From assembly GCA_030390025.1 (NCBI GenBank), contig CM059432.1, positions 46,378,001-46,442,000 on the forward strand: 64,000 nt of DNA, written 5' to 3'. The translations under genes were made by a program, and so were the position numbers. The stretch comes from Squalus acanthias. Taxonomy: Eukaryota. The notes under the pieces are model-generated. The model was not told where the DNA came from. It did not search any database and was given only the letters and a program-made list of their open reading frames with translations. This document shows, in pieces, positions 1 through 12,270 of this stretch; within the stretch, counting starts at the first letter, position 1, and every line of letters begins with the position of its first letter.

Positions 1-51
1 CCAGGCCTCTGGATTGCTAGTCCAGTAACATAACCACTATGCTACCGTACC
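1..51 (-). mobile_element. 5' head of a tRNA-derived SINE (runs off the window start)
   Basis: Reverse complement GGTACGGTAGCATAGTGGTTATGTTACTGGACTAGCAATCCAGAGG contains an A-box-like TAGCATAGTGG. Confidence 0.6.
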
Positions 52-54
52 AGC

Positions 55-700
55 AGGGCATCTCTGTGGCATGTCCAGTTAGTTAGACTTTTCCTGCACA
101 CTTCAGCTTGCAAAATTGCTGGAAGTGCGAGCTGATAACGGCAAGGGAAACAGGGCATCTGGGACCTTGAGAAATAAACAGAGGAAGGACTGAGAATGCA
201 TTAGAGTGGGTGAATTCAATGACAAATCAAATACAGAAAAAAAAGTGGGAAAGAAAGATTAGATTAAGAGAGAGAAAAAAAAGAGACAAAGGAAAAATAA
301 GAAAAAATTAAAAAAATTAAATTTTACATTTAAAAAATCTCCAACAACAATTCACTACCTCCATACTTTTAGTTGTTCATTTTCTGGGCCAGAAAGGTTC
401 ATTGGCAGTCATTAACAATTATCACATCATTAAAAGGGTACTTACGCTGTTAATTACTAGATTTACTTTTCTGTGGCGAGTTTAATGGACAATTAATGTG
501 CAAATGAAGCAACTTCATGAAACTCATAGGAAGATTAAGTGCAAGATGCTGTTTGTGCAAAACTAACAGTGGAGCAGTGCAAATCAGCCAGCAACTTGAT
601 GCGATTCAGAATTCACGGGGTATCTCTTCCTCGCCACAAATTTCTGGCTGATTTGCACATTAATAACAGCGTGCATCATTCACACACCGTTATTGTTTCA
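55..700. repeat. Non-autonomous DNA-transposon-like repeat, same family as 54229-54793
   Basis: Shares blocks such as gattaagagagag..aagagaca..aaggaaaaataa, ccaacaacaatt and actttctgtggc with 54229-54527. Confidence 0.55.
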
Positions 701-829
701 GGGGGGGATTTTAACTCCTTTTTCTGTCTCTGAGCTGGCGTCTGCGAGTGTAATAATCAGTCATGCTTCCTCTTGTGTAGTGCTGCCCTCTTCTTGTTCT
801 GTTCCCTGAGGGCTGTGCGGAGTTTTTGG

Positions 830-3195
830 ATCTGAAATGGAAGAATCTGAAGTGGCCTGCACAGAGTGGTCTTAAACGGAGTGCTTCTAAATAGAGTGTT
901 AAAGTTAGAAATTTTGAGAGAGTGGGAAGGAGGTGTTGCTTTTTGCCTCCAATACTTGTAGTGCTTTGTGTTCCAGGTAAATATTTAATTTCATCTACCT
1001 ATAACTTAATCTAGATCTAGTAATAAATTAAAATCTAAACTATAAGCTAAGTTAATTAAATACATAAACTTTAATTAATTAAATAAATAAAACAAATTTA
1101 TATAGGGATGGCAGTGCAGGTGGTATGCCGCAACTGCAGCATGTGGGAGTTTGTGGAGAGCATCGCGATCCCGATGACCACATCTGCACTAAGTGTTTGT
1201 ATCTCAATGAACTTCAGCTCAGAGTTGTTGAGCTGGAGTCCGAGGTGCAGACATTGCGGGGCATCAGGGAGGGGGAGAGTTATCTGGACACGTTGATCCA
1301 GGAGACAGTCACACCATTTAGGTTAGGTAGTGGTACAGGTCTGGTTAGTGGTCAGGGACAGGAGGGTGTGACTGCAACTCAGGGAGGTAAGGGGACCCCA
1401 GGTGCAGTGCTGGAGGAGCCTCGGCCTTTATCCTGATCCTACAGGTATGAGGTTCTTGCTGCCTGTGTGTACAAGGGCAAAGTCTGCAGGGTGGATGAGC
1501 AAACTGACACCGTGCTACAGGAGGCCATTCAAGTGGGGGAGTGAAAAGGAATGTTGTAGTGGTAGGGAGCAGTATAGTAAAGGGGAGACTGTTCTCTGCA
1601 GCCACAACCGGGAGTTGCGAAGGCTGTTTTGCCTGCCCAGTGCCAGGGTTAAAGATATCTCCTCGTGGCTGGAGAAGAACTTGGAGTGGGAGGGGGAGGA
1701 TCCAGTTGTTGTGGTCCACGTAGGAACCAACAACATAGGTAGAACTAGGAATGAGGTTCTGCTGAGAGTTTGAGGGGCTAGGGTCCAAATTAAAATGCAG
1801 AACTTCAAAGGTAATAATCTCTGGATTGTCACCTGAGCCATGCACAAATTGGCATAGGAACAAGCAGATCAGAGAGTTATATGCGTGGCTCAAAGAGTGG
1901 TGTGGAACGAAGGGGTTTCGATTCATGGGGCATTGGGGCCAGTACTGGGGAAAGAGGGAGCTGCTCAATTGGGATGGGCTCCACTTAAACCGGGCTGGGG
2001 TCAGTGTCCTAACGAATCGAATAACTTGGGCTGTAGATATGGCTTTAAACTAAAAAGGGGGGAGGGGTCAGGTGAGGGGAAATTTAGAAATCTAAAGAGA
2101 AAAGTCAAGGCAATGGAGCAGTGTAGCTATTTGGGTAAAGATAAGCAGAGAGTGACAGGAAGGGACAGAAAGTTTAACAGTAACAGTGCATCAGTAAATA
2201 AGGAGGAAGCAGAGAATAATGGTCAAAAGTTAAAATTAAAGTCTCTTTATCTGAATCCATAAAGCATTTGTAACAAGATAGATGAATTAATGGTACAAAT
2301 AGAGATAAATGGCTTAATCTAATAGTTATTACAGAGATGTGGTTGCAAGGTGACCAATGTTGGGAACTAAATATTCCAGGGTACTTGATGTTTCGAAAAG
2401 ACAAGCAGAATGGAAAAGGAGTGGGGTAGCCCAGATAATAAAGGATGACATAAGGACAGTAGTCAGAAAGGATCTTGGCTTAGAAGATCAGTAAGTAGAA
2501 TCCGTACCCGCCGAGGTAGGGAAAATCATGGCCAGAGAGTTGGCAAGCAGGTACAACAAGCAATTAGGAAGGCAAATGGCATGTTAGCCTTTATTGCAAG
2601 AGTAAGGAAATCTTGCTACAATTGTACAGCGCTTTGGTGAGATCACACCTGGAGTACTGTGCACAATTTTTGGTTTCCTTATCTGAGGAAGGATGTACTT
2701 GCCTTGGAGGCGGTGCAATGAAGGTTCACAAGATTGATTCCTGGGATGAGAGGGTTGTCTTATGAGGAGAGATTGAGTAGAATGGGCCTATACTCTCTGA
2801 CGTTTAGAAGAATGAGAGGTGATCTCATTGAAACATATAAGATTCTGAGGGGGATTGACAGGGTAGATGCTGAGAGGTTGTTTCCCCTGGCTGGAGAGTC
2901 TAGAACTAGGGAGCAGAGTCTCAGGATAAGGGGTCATCCATTTAAAACTGAGATGAGAAGGAATTTCTTCACTCAGAGGGTTGTGAATCTTTGGAATTCT
3001 CTGCCCCAGAGAGCTGTGGATGCTGAATCGTTGAGTATATTCTAGGCTGAGATAGATTGATTTTTGGACTCTAGATGAACCAAGGGAAAGTGGAGTTGAG
3101 ATTAAAGATCAGCCATGATTTTATTGAATGGTGGAACAGGCTACAGCAGCCGTCTGGCCTACTCCTGCTCCCAATTCCTATGTTCTTATGTTCTT
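830..3195 (+). mobile_element. CR1 LINE, decayed and internally deleted (5'UTR, ORF1, endonuclease start, ORF2 C-terminus, tail)
   Basis: Frameshifted ORF1 pieces (MAVQVVCRNCSMWE, HVGTNN, WDGLHL), KSLYLN endonuclease start, RRMRGDLIETYKI C-terminus, (TTCTTATG)n tail. Confidence 0.9.
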
Positions 3196-3299
3196 AAGAA
3201 AGGGACAAGAGTTAACATTTAGTGACTTGTGTAAACAGAGGCTTTTAAAAGCAGCAGCAGCAGCATGCATAGTGTGTGAGGGTGAGATTTAATTGAGAG

Positions 3300-3638
3300 G
3301 GGAATGAGGTAAAGATCTTTTCATTGCAGGATCTGACATTCACTTGCTGTTGAGCTTTTCGCTGCATCCATTTCCCTTTCTCGGTTAGGTAAATTCTAAC
3401 AACTGTTCCTTCTCTCTGAGCTTGTCTTTTACATCACTTATCCTCACTCTCAGAAGTCAGCTTGCAGTAGGGAGGTACCTTGCTTCATCTGCCAAATAGT
3501 CTGATTTAGTGAGCTATCCAGTATCTCACTTGGTATGTTGCATCCGTTAAGAAAAACAAGGATTGCCTTGTTGCTGGCCTTATGTGTTTTTTTTTCAGAT
3601 TGCTTTGGCAGTTTTAAACAGTGTTCATTGGACGTTAG
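3300..3638 (-). mobile_element. Ty3/Gypsy remnant, integrase C-terminal part
   Basis: Minus strand reads KTAKAI*KK...FLNGCNIPSEILDSS..LFGR, resembling the post-catalytic integrase segment. Contiguous with 4518-5430 once the CR1 insertion is removed. Confidence 0.55.
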
Positions 3639-4512
3639 TTATTATCTTAATGGCGAGAAACTGGAAAGTACTGCAGTACAAAGGGATCTGGGGGTCCTAG
3701 TGCAAGAAAATCAAAAAGTTAGTATACAGGTGCAGCAGGTGATCAAGAAGGCCAACGGAATGTTGGCTTTTATTGCTAGGGGGATAGATTATAAAAACAG
3801 GGAGGTATTGCTGCAGTTATATAAGGTATTGGTGAGACCGCATCTGGAATACTGCATACAGTTTTGGTGTCCATACTTAAGAAAAAACATACTTGCTCTC
3901 GAGGCAGTACAAAGAAGGTTCACTCGGTTAATCCCCGGGATGAAGGGGTGGACATTCAAGGAGAGGTTGAGTAGATTGGGACTCTACTCATTGGAGTTCA
4001 GAAGAATGAGAGGCGATCTTATTGAAACATATAAGATTGTGAAGGGGCTTGATCGGGTGGATGCGGTAAGGATGTTCCCAAGGATGGGTGAAACTAGAAC
4101 TAGGGGGCATAATCTTAGAATAAGGGGCTGCTCTTTCAAAACTGAGATGAGGAGAAACTTCTTCACTCAGAGGGTAGTAGGTCTGTGGAATTTGCTGCCC
4201 CAGGAAGCTGTGGAAGCTACATCATTAAATAAATTTAAAACAGAAATAGACAGTTTCCGAGAAGTAAAGGGAATTAGGGGTTACGGGGAGCGGGCAGGAA
4301 ATTGGACATGAGGCTGAGTTCGGATCGGTCGAGGCCCTGTGGGTGGCGTAGCGGGCCCAGGGGCTGAGTGGCCGGGTCCTGCTCCTACTTCTTGTGTTCT
4401 TTAGATTTGAGGTGAGGATCAGATCAGCCATGATCTTATTGAATGGCGGAGCAGGCTCGAAGGGCCGATTGGCCTACTCCTGCTCCTATTTCTTATGTTC
4501 TTATGTTCTTAT
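3639..4512 (+). mobile_element. Young 5'-truncated CR1 LINE
   Basis: Open ORF2 C-terminus and (TTCTTATG)n tail. GTTAG duplicated at 3634-3638 and 4513-4517. Only about 11 differences from 11597-12469 by eye. Confidence 0.95.
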
Positions 4513-4517
4513 GTTAG

Positions 4518-5430
4518 ATAGCTTTGTGATCTGGCGACAAGACAGAACTTACAGTGTACAAACACTTGGAATTCTAAGTTAGATGGTGGTCCATTGTCTG
4601 ATATAACTTCATTTGGAATACCAGAGCGTGCAAATGAGCTATACATTATGAATCAATCAGTCTGTCGATTGGAAAGAAATCAGAGCGATAATCGAAACTT
4701 ATGAGATAGTTTCTTCCAGCTGCTTCAAACTGATTACACTTTCATTTTCTCCCAGGGCTTTATTGGTACTGAGTAGCTAATAAGGGGTTCCTTTTTCTGT
4801 TTAGCTTGAAACTGCATGCATATCTTGTTGACTTTGTTTATCAGATGGCATGAAATTAATTCTCAGGTTTTCCGAAATCAACTTTGGATTCTGATGTAGC
4901 TTGACTGAACTCTGTACTTTATTTCCTTTCACATACACAGCATTATAACTATTCAATCTCCCTTGCATCCATTCTTTATGCTCAGCTCATGTCTTAATGT
5001 TGAAATGCAAAGAAATCTGGGTGACACCTGTAGCAGGCCACCTTTTACTATTGTCATTATCAACAGTTTCAAATCTTCTTCTCTCGTAGTTTACTGAATA
5101 GTCATTCTATCCTCAGGGGTACGAATGCTATCTATCTGTTTCTGAATGTGTGTCAAATTGACATGTACTCAATATCCCCTTGCAATTCTTGTAGACAGCC
5201 TCAAAGTCATATTTTTGAAGGTGGAATATCATTTTCTGACGCTGTTTAGGCACACTAATTAGAACTTTTTTCAAAATGGATTCAACCAATTTTCAATCAC
5301 TTTCTAAAAACATTTTCTTCTCAAAGATGTACTGCTCACATTTCACCAAACCAAAAACAATGGCTAAGGGCTATTTTTCTCTTTGATTATAATTTATCTC
5401 AATTTCTATTTGGATCTAGCTACAAAACAG
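4518..5430 (-). mobile_element. Ty3/Gypsy remnant, end of RNase H and integrase core
   Basis: Minus strand: NYNQREK*PLAIVFGLVKCEQYIF...LQKYDFEAVYK; QKKEPLISYSVPIKPWEK; NYLISFDYRSDFF; FARSGIPNEVISDNGPP. Confidence 0.8.
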
Positions 5431-5703
5431 ATTGGCAAATGGTGGGAAGTGGTGTTCCAAAAAGATCGGTGCTGGGACCACTGTTGTTCACTATTTATGT
5501 AAACGATTGGGACTCGGGAATCGGAAGTACAATTTCAAAATTTGCGGATGACACCATATTGGAGGGTGCAACAAGATACAGGAAGACATTAATAACCTTG
5601 TAGAATGGGCATGTAATTGGTAAATTAACTTCAATATAGATAAGTGCAAGGTAATACATTTTGGTAGAAAGAATAAGGAGGCCACATACTCCTTGGAAAG
5701 TAT

Positions 5704-7569
5704 GGGGGGAATTTTTCGGGGGGTCAGCGGGTGCCATGCGCCCTTTCCAAATGTCAGGTCTGTCAACGCTGTGCAGACCCGACACGCAATGGTGGGCGAG
5801 GCAATTCAAGTCATTATGACCTTGTTAACAGACCATTAAGAATTATTTTGAGCTCACCTTCAGAGTTTACCAGGTCACCCTTGGGGTCTATGCTGCTTGG
5901 GGATCATGTCAGGTAAGCAGATTGGGAGTTGAATGGCCATGGAATAATCTCATTACTTGACAACTGCAAATGTGCTATAAAAGCTCCCATCTCACAGTTG
6001 TTCACTTTCCAAGCTCAGAAGCTGTTGTTTACTGCATTTAGAAGACAGATTGAGCTTTATGCAGGTTGTAAGTGTTTGGAGTAAGCTCTGTATCCAGTGT
6101 CACCTCATTGGAACAACCTCTCTCATGATTGACAGATCACTTCTGTCATCTCAAGTTCACCTGCCATCTATTACACCAGCATTGGTGCCCTTGAAACTAT
6201 CTCACCTTGGTCCTCAGAATCCCACCACGATCAGCCCCAACAGCAGCAGCACCAGATACAACAGCAGCACCAACAACAACACCAACCTTCTCCGCAATCA
6301 ACTGATGCTGCACAGGACAGAGGGCTTCAGCACCCGACCACATTGTTGCCCAGGAGGCCAGGGAGGGCCTCGCCATGGCCACATTTACTTCACTTGACGC
6401 TGTACACCCTGGCTGCCACATGATGCGCCAGGTTGGCACCACCCCACACCAACACCATAAAGCATCCCTACTATGCCCAAGCCATTCCTTTAACACTCAT
6501 CACCATTGTGGGGGATACCGTTCTGTCTCACCATTCACTGCAACTCACTAAGCCACTTCCAAAGGTGCACACAGATCTGTCCAAGAAAACAAAGTGTTGA
6601 AAATAAAGGTTTCAATGTTTGACAGCACATTAACAGAAACTTCACATGAACATTGGCTAAAACACACAAGTGCCTACCCTTGTGTGTTTTTTTTTATTCG
6701 CTTATGGGATCTGGGCGTCGCTGGCAAGGCCAGCATTTATTGTCCATTCCTAGTTGCCCTTGAGAAGGTGGTAGTTAGCTGCCTTCTTGAACCGCTGCAG
6801 TCTGTGTGATGATTGTACTCCCACAGTGCTGTTAGATAGGGAGTTCTGTTAGTTGGTATGATTGGACGAGGACGAGGGTGAGTGTGAGGGGTGGCTACTG
6901 AGATGGGGAAGTGATAATGTAGATGGAGAGGGATGAGTGGAGGTGCAAGCTAAGCTGGTGTGAATAAGGATGAGCAGGAGTTGGGTAGGGAAGGCAGAGT
7001 GATGGGCATGTGATGATTGGCACAGCAGGATGAGGTTGAGTGTGGCTTTGCGGTAATGTTTCGTGATCTACTGAGATCATTGAAAGGTTTGCGTTACTGC
7101 AGCCTGGTCCTCCTGACAACATCCCTGTTTGTGACCTCCTGTGTAATGTGCAACCAGGCTGCATTGGTCTCCTGGGGAGGCATCTTCCGCTCATAGGAAG
7201 GGAAGAGAACCTCCTTGTGTGCAGTGACTCCCTCCAGAAGCACATAGAAGGAGTCATGGGAGAGCTTGGGTACAGCTGTGTACCTCTGTGCAGGCATTGT
7301 CAGTGTTTGCAGCACCTCAGTGCTGTAGAACACTGACAGCACAACTGTCAAACTAAATTTGCGCATGGTCCCTTTAAGGAAACCGGCTGTCTTTAAATGA
7401 CGTTATCAGACCCGCTTCCTTCAATTGGCCGGCAAACACGCTGGATGGGCTTAACAAGCCCAATCAGGGGAACATCATTTTAAACAGCGGGCTGGAGTCA
7501 GCAGCGAGGCTGGGACCCGCCACCGATGTCACCCGCCATGGACCCGCCGAGGTTGGTAACATCGAGCCC
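5704..7569. mobile_element. PIF/Harbinger deletion derivative with Myb/SANT-like ORF remnant on the minus strand
   Basis: Ends GGGGGGAATTTT / AACATCGAGCCC with flanking TAT/TAA. Interrupts host CR1 (ggaaag|taagtgtctc). Minus ORF 7094-7366 (VLLEGVTAHKEVLFP...AWLHITQEVTNRDVVRRTRLQ) is Myb/SANT-like. Confidence 0.8.
6683..6850 (-). mobile_element. 3' tail of second LINE family (family B)
   Basis: Reverse complement matches the 39840-39990 tail (gggcaataaatgctggccttgccag + A run). Confidence 0.8.
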
Positions 7570-8324
7570 TAAGTGTCTCAATGGGGTAGAGGAACAGCGG
7601 GATCTGGGTGTACAGATACAGAGATCACTAAAAGTAGCGATGCAGGTTAATAAGGCCATAAAAAAACAAACAAAGCACTGGGGTTCATTTCTAGAAGGAT
7701 ATATTTGAAAAGCAGAGATGTTATTTTAAACTTGTATAGAACTTTGGTTCGACCACACTTGGAGTACTGTGAACAGTTCTGGTCCCAATATTATAAAAAG
7801 GATATAGAGGCACTGGAGAAGGTGCAAAAAGGATTTACTAGAATGATACCAGAACTGAGAGGTTATACCTATCAGGAAAGATTGAACAGGCTGGGGCTCT
7901 TTTCTCTAGAAAAGAGAAGACTGAGGGATGACCTGATAGAGGTCTTTAAGATTATGAAAGGGTTTGCTGGGGTAGACATAGATAATATGTTTTCACTTGT
8001 GGGTGAGACCAGAACCACGGGCCATAAATATAAGGTAGTCACTAATAAATCCCAAAAGAAATTCAGGATAAACCTCTTTACCCAGAGAGTGGTTAGAATG
8101 TGGAAGTTGCTACCACAAGGAGTAGTTGAGGTGAGTAGCAGAGATGGATTCAAGGGGAAGCTGGATAACCACATGAGGGAGAAAGGAATTGAAGGATATG
8201 TTGACAGGGTTAGATGAAGACGGCACGTGTGGAGACTCAGATCAAACTGTCACAGAAGTGTATTGTTTTAATTTAAATTAATTAAAGGGTAAATAATATT
8301 AATAAATTTAATTAATTACATAGA

Positions 8325-9281
8325 ATGGGAGAGCAGGTGATGTGTTACTGCTGCAATATGTGGGAGCTGGTGGACACCATTGATGTTCATGGTGATCACA
8401 TTTGCAGTAAGTGTTGGCTGCTCGAGGAACTCCGGCTCCGTGTTGATGAGCTGGAGTCCGAGCTTCAAACACTGCGACACATCAGGGAGGGGGAGAGTTA
8501 CCTGGACTCTGTGTTCCAGGAGGTAGTCACACCAATTAGATTAACTAATTCAGATGTAGCCCGTGATCAGGGACAGGAGGGTGTGACTACGAGTGAGGCA
8601 GGTACGGGGATCCAGGAGGTAGTGTTGGAGGAGCCGCAGCCCTTGCTCTTGTCCAACAGGTTCGAGGCTCTTACTCCCTGTGAGGACGGGAGCAGGGACT
8701 GCAGGGAGGATGAGCAACCTGGCCACAGCACCGTGGTACGGGGAGCCATTCAAGTGGGGGGAGTAAAAAGAAATGTTGTAGTGGTAGGGGATAGTATCAT
8801 TAAGGGGATAGATAGGGTTCTTTGCAGCCGAGAGCAAGAGTCCCGAAGGCTGTGTTGCCTGCCCGGTGCCAGGGTTAAGGACATCTCCTCTGGGCTGGAG
8901 AGAAACTTGGAGTGGGAGGGGGAAGATCCAGTTGTCGTGGTCCATGTTGGTATCAATGACATAGATAGGACAAGGAATGAGGTTCTGCTGAGGGAGTATG
9001 AGCAGCTAGGGGCCAAATTAAAAAACAGAACCTCTAGGGTAGTAATCTCTGGATTACTACCTGAGCCACGAGCAAATTTGGCTAGGGTAAATAAAATCAG
9101 AGAGTTAAATGCGTGGCTCAAAGACTGGTGTGGGAGAAATGGGTTTTGCTTCCTGGGACACTGGCACCAGTACTGGGACAGGAGAGAGCTGTTCCGTTGG
9201 GATGGACTTCACTTGGCCAGTGCTGGGACTAGAGTCCTGGCGAATCGAATAACTAGGGCTGTAGAGAGGGCTTTAAACTAA
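8325..9281 (+). CDS. CR1 ORF1 protein (N-terminal Cys/His zinc finger, coiled coil, SGNH-type esterase domain), uninterrupted 318 aa
   Basis: CYCC..W...HICSKC, heptad ELRLRVDELESELQTL, VVVGDSII, HVGIND and WDGLHL motifs. Confidence 0.9.
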   Translation: MGEQVMCYCCNMWELVDTIDVHGDHICSKCWLLEELRLRVDELESELQTLRHIREGESYLDSVFQEVVTPIRLTNSDVARDQGQEGVTTSEAGTGIQEVVLEEPQPLLLSNRFEALTPCEDGSRDCREDEQPGHSTVVRGAIQVGGVKRNVVVVGDSIIKGIDRVLCSREQESRRLCCLPGARVKDISSGLERNLEWEGEDPVVVVHVGINDIDRTRNEVLLREYEQLGAKLKNRTSRVVISGLLPEPRANLARVNKIRELNAWLKDWCGRNGFCFLGHWHQYWDRRELFRWDGLHLASAGTRVLANRITRAVERALN

Positions 9282-9319
9282 TTAGTGGGGGGGAGGTTTC
9301 AAGAGAGCAAAAAATAAAA

Positions 9320-12270
9320 ATGTCAGCGGAGAAGGCAATAGAGCAAAGTAGCAGTGGGGTAATTAAAAACCAGAGCCTGTCAGGAAGGGACAGAATATAT
9401 AAAGATAAAGGTAAAGTAGTAAAGGGGGTAAAAGCAGGAATAAATTGTCACAAAACATATTTAAAAGTTCTTTATCTGAATGCACGCAGCATTCGTAACA
9501 AAATAGACGAGTTGACGGTACAAATAACTACGTATGGGTATGATCTTGTGGCCATTACAGAAACATGGCTGCAGGGTGACAACGACTGGGAATTAAATAT
9601 GCCAGGGTATTTAACAATCAGGAAGGACAGGCAGGAAGGAAGAGGAGGTGGGGTAGCTATGTTAATAAAGGAAGGAATCACTGTATTACAGAGAAATGAT
9701 ATTGGGTCAAAGGATCAGGATAATGAAACAGTTTGGGTGGAGATAAGGAATAATAAGGGGAAAAAAACACTAGTGGGAGTAGTATATAGGCCTCCTAATA
9801 GTTGCAACTCTGCTGGAAGAAGTATTAATCAGGAAATAGTTGGGGCATGTAATAAGGGAACAGCTATAATTATGGGGGATTTTAACTATCATATTAACTG
9901 GACAAATCAAATTGGGCAGGGCAGCCTTGAGGAAGAGTTTATTGAGTGTATTAGGGATGGATTTCTTGAGCAGTATGTAACTGATCCTACAAGGGGGCAA
10001 GCAACCTTGGACCTGGTCCTGCGTAATGAGTCAGGATTAATTAATAATGTCCTAGTTAAGGATCCCCTTGGAATGAGTGACCATAACATGGTTGAATTCC
10101 ATATCCAATTAGAGGGTGAGAAGGTTGGTTCTCAGACAAGCGTACTGAGCTTGAATAAAGGAGACTATGATGGTATGAGAGCAGAATTGATTAAAGTGGA
10201 CTGGGAAAATAGATTAAAGGGTAAGACGGTACATGAGCAGTGGTGTTCATTTAAGGAGTTATTTTACAACTTTCAAAAAATATATATTCCACTGAGGAAA
10301 AAAGGGTGTAAAAGAAATGACAGCCATCCGTGGCTAAGTAAAGAAATTAAGGATAGTATCCAACTAAAAACAAGGACATATAAGGTAGCCAAACTTAGTG
10401 GGAGGATAGAAGATTGGGAAGTCTTCAAAAGACAGCAAAAAGTAACTAAAGGATTGATTAAGAAAGGGAAGATAGATTATGAAAATAAATTAGCAAAAAA
10501 TATAAAAACAGATAGCAAGAGTTTCTATAGTTATATAAAAAGAAAAAGGGTGGCTAAGGCAAACGTAGGTCCCTTAGAGGATGAGACCGGGAAATTAATG
10601 GTGGGAAACATGGAGATGGCAAAAATGCTGAACAAATATTTTGTTTCAGTCTTTACGGTAGAGGACACTAAGAATATCCCAACACTGGACAAACAGGGGG
10701 CTCTGGGGGGGGAGGAGCTAAATACGATTAAAATCACTAAGGAATTGGTACTCAGTAAAATAATGGGACTCAAGGCGGATAAATCCCCTGGACCTGATGG
10801 CTTACATCCTAGGGTCTTGAGGGAAGTGGCAGTAGGGATTGTGGATGCTTTGGTAATAATTTTCCAAAATTCCCTGGACTCAGCAAAGGTCCCGGCAGAT
10901 TGGAAAACTGCTAATGTAACACCCTTATTTAAAAAGGGTAGTAGGCAGAAGGCTGGAAATTATAGACCAGTTAGTCTAACATCTGTGGTGGGTAAAATTT
11001 TGGAGTCTATTATTAAGGAGACAGTAACGGAACATTTAGATAAACATAATTTAATAGGACAAAGTCAGCATGGCTTTATGAAGGGGAAGTCATGTCTGAC
11101 AAATTTGCTTGAGTTCTTTGAGGACATAACGTACAGGGTGGATAAAGGGGAACCAATGGACGTAGTGTATTTAGACTTCCAGAAGGCATTCGACAAGGTG
11201 CCACATAAAAGATTATTGCTCAAGATAAAAAATCACTGGATTGGGGGGAATATTCTGGCATGGGTGGAGGATTGGTTATCTAACAGGAAGCAGAGAGTTG
11301 GGATAAATGGTTCATTCTCGGACTGGCAACCAGTAGCCAGTGGTGTTCCGCAGGGGTCGGTGCTGGGTCCCCAACTCTTTACAATCTATATTAACGATTG
11401 GAGGAGGGGACCGAGTGTAACATATCAAAGTTTGCAGATGATACAAAGATGGGAGGGAAAGTAGAAAGTGAGGAGGACATAAAAAACCTACAAGGGGATA
11501 TAGACAAGCTGGGTGAGTGGGCGGAGATTTGGCAGATGCAATACAATATTGGAAAATGTGAGGTTATGCACTTTGGCAGGAAAAATCAGAGAGCAAGTTA
11601 TTATCTTAATGGCGAGAAACTGGAAAGTACTGCAGTACAAAGGGATCTGGGGGTCCTAGTGCAAGAAAATCAAAAAGTTAGTATGCAGGTGCAGCAGATG
11701 ATCAAGAAGGCCAATGGAATGTTGGCTTTTATTGCTAGGGGGATAGATTATAAAAACAGGGAGGTATTGCTGCAGTTATATAAGGTATTGGTGAGACCGC
11801 ATCTGGAATACTGCATACAGTTTTGGTGTCCATACTTAAGAAAAGACATACTTGCTCTCGAGGCAGTACAAAGAAGGTTCACTCGGTTAATCCCCGGGAT
11901 GAGGGGGTGGACATATGAGGAGAGGTTGAGTAGATTGGGACTCTACTCATTGGAGTTCAGAAGAGTGAGAGGCGATCTTATTGAAACATATAAGATTGTG
12001 AAGGGGCTTGATCGGGTGGATGCGGTAAGGATGTTCCCAAGGATGGGTGAAACTAGAACTAGGGGGCATAATCTTAGAATAAGGGGCTGCTCTTTCAAAA
12101 CTGAGATGAGGAGAAACTTCTTCACTCAGAGGGTAGTAGGTCTGTGGAATTTGCTGCCCCAGGAAGCTGTGGAAGCTACATCATTAAATAAATTTAAAAC
12201 AGAAATAGACAGTTTCCTAGAAGTAAAGGGAATTAGGGGTTACGGGGAGCGGGCAGGAAATTGGACATGA
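9320..12270 (+). pseudogene. CR1 ORF2 (AP-like endonuclease + reverse transcriptase) with a single 1-nt deletion near 11398
   Basis: ORFs 9320-11464 and 11398-12270 overlap. Motifs YLNARS, ITETWL, MGDFN, SDH, NYRPVSL, GVPQGSVLGP, FADD. This copy has aacgaTTgg where the sister copy near 23320 has aacgaTTTgg. Confidence 0.93.

Larger units (their letters stand above)
5431..8234 (+). mobile_element. Older 5'-truncated CR1 (pieces 5431-5703, 7570-8234, tail resumes at 12470-12537), split by a Harbinger element and by the young CR1
   Basis: GVP..SVLGPLLF and KFADDT motifs, ORF 7705-8217. The 3'UTR joins as gtgtggag|(c)ataaacacc by comparison with 45601-45716. Confidence 0.85.

Noticed and set aside
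975..1107. Possible intron in the CR1 5'UTR (cagGTAAAT...tatAG before the ORF1 ATG)
   Set aside because: There is no pyrimidine tract, and an efficiently spliced intron would be lost on retrotransposition.
3535..4311. 258-aa ORF with signal-peptide-like start fused to the CR1 C-terminus
   Set aside because: The start is antisense Gypsy integrase remnant that happens to be in frame. The acceptor-like AG at 3597-3598 is out of phase with a phase-0 intron.
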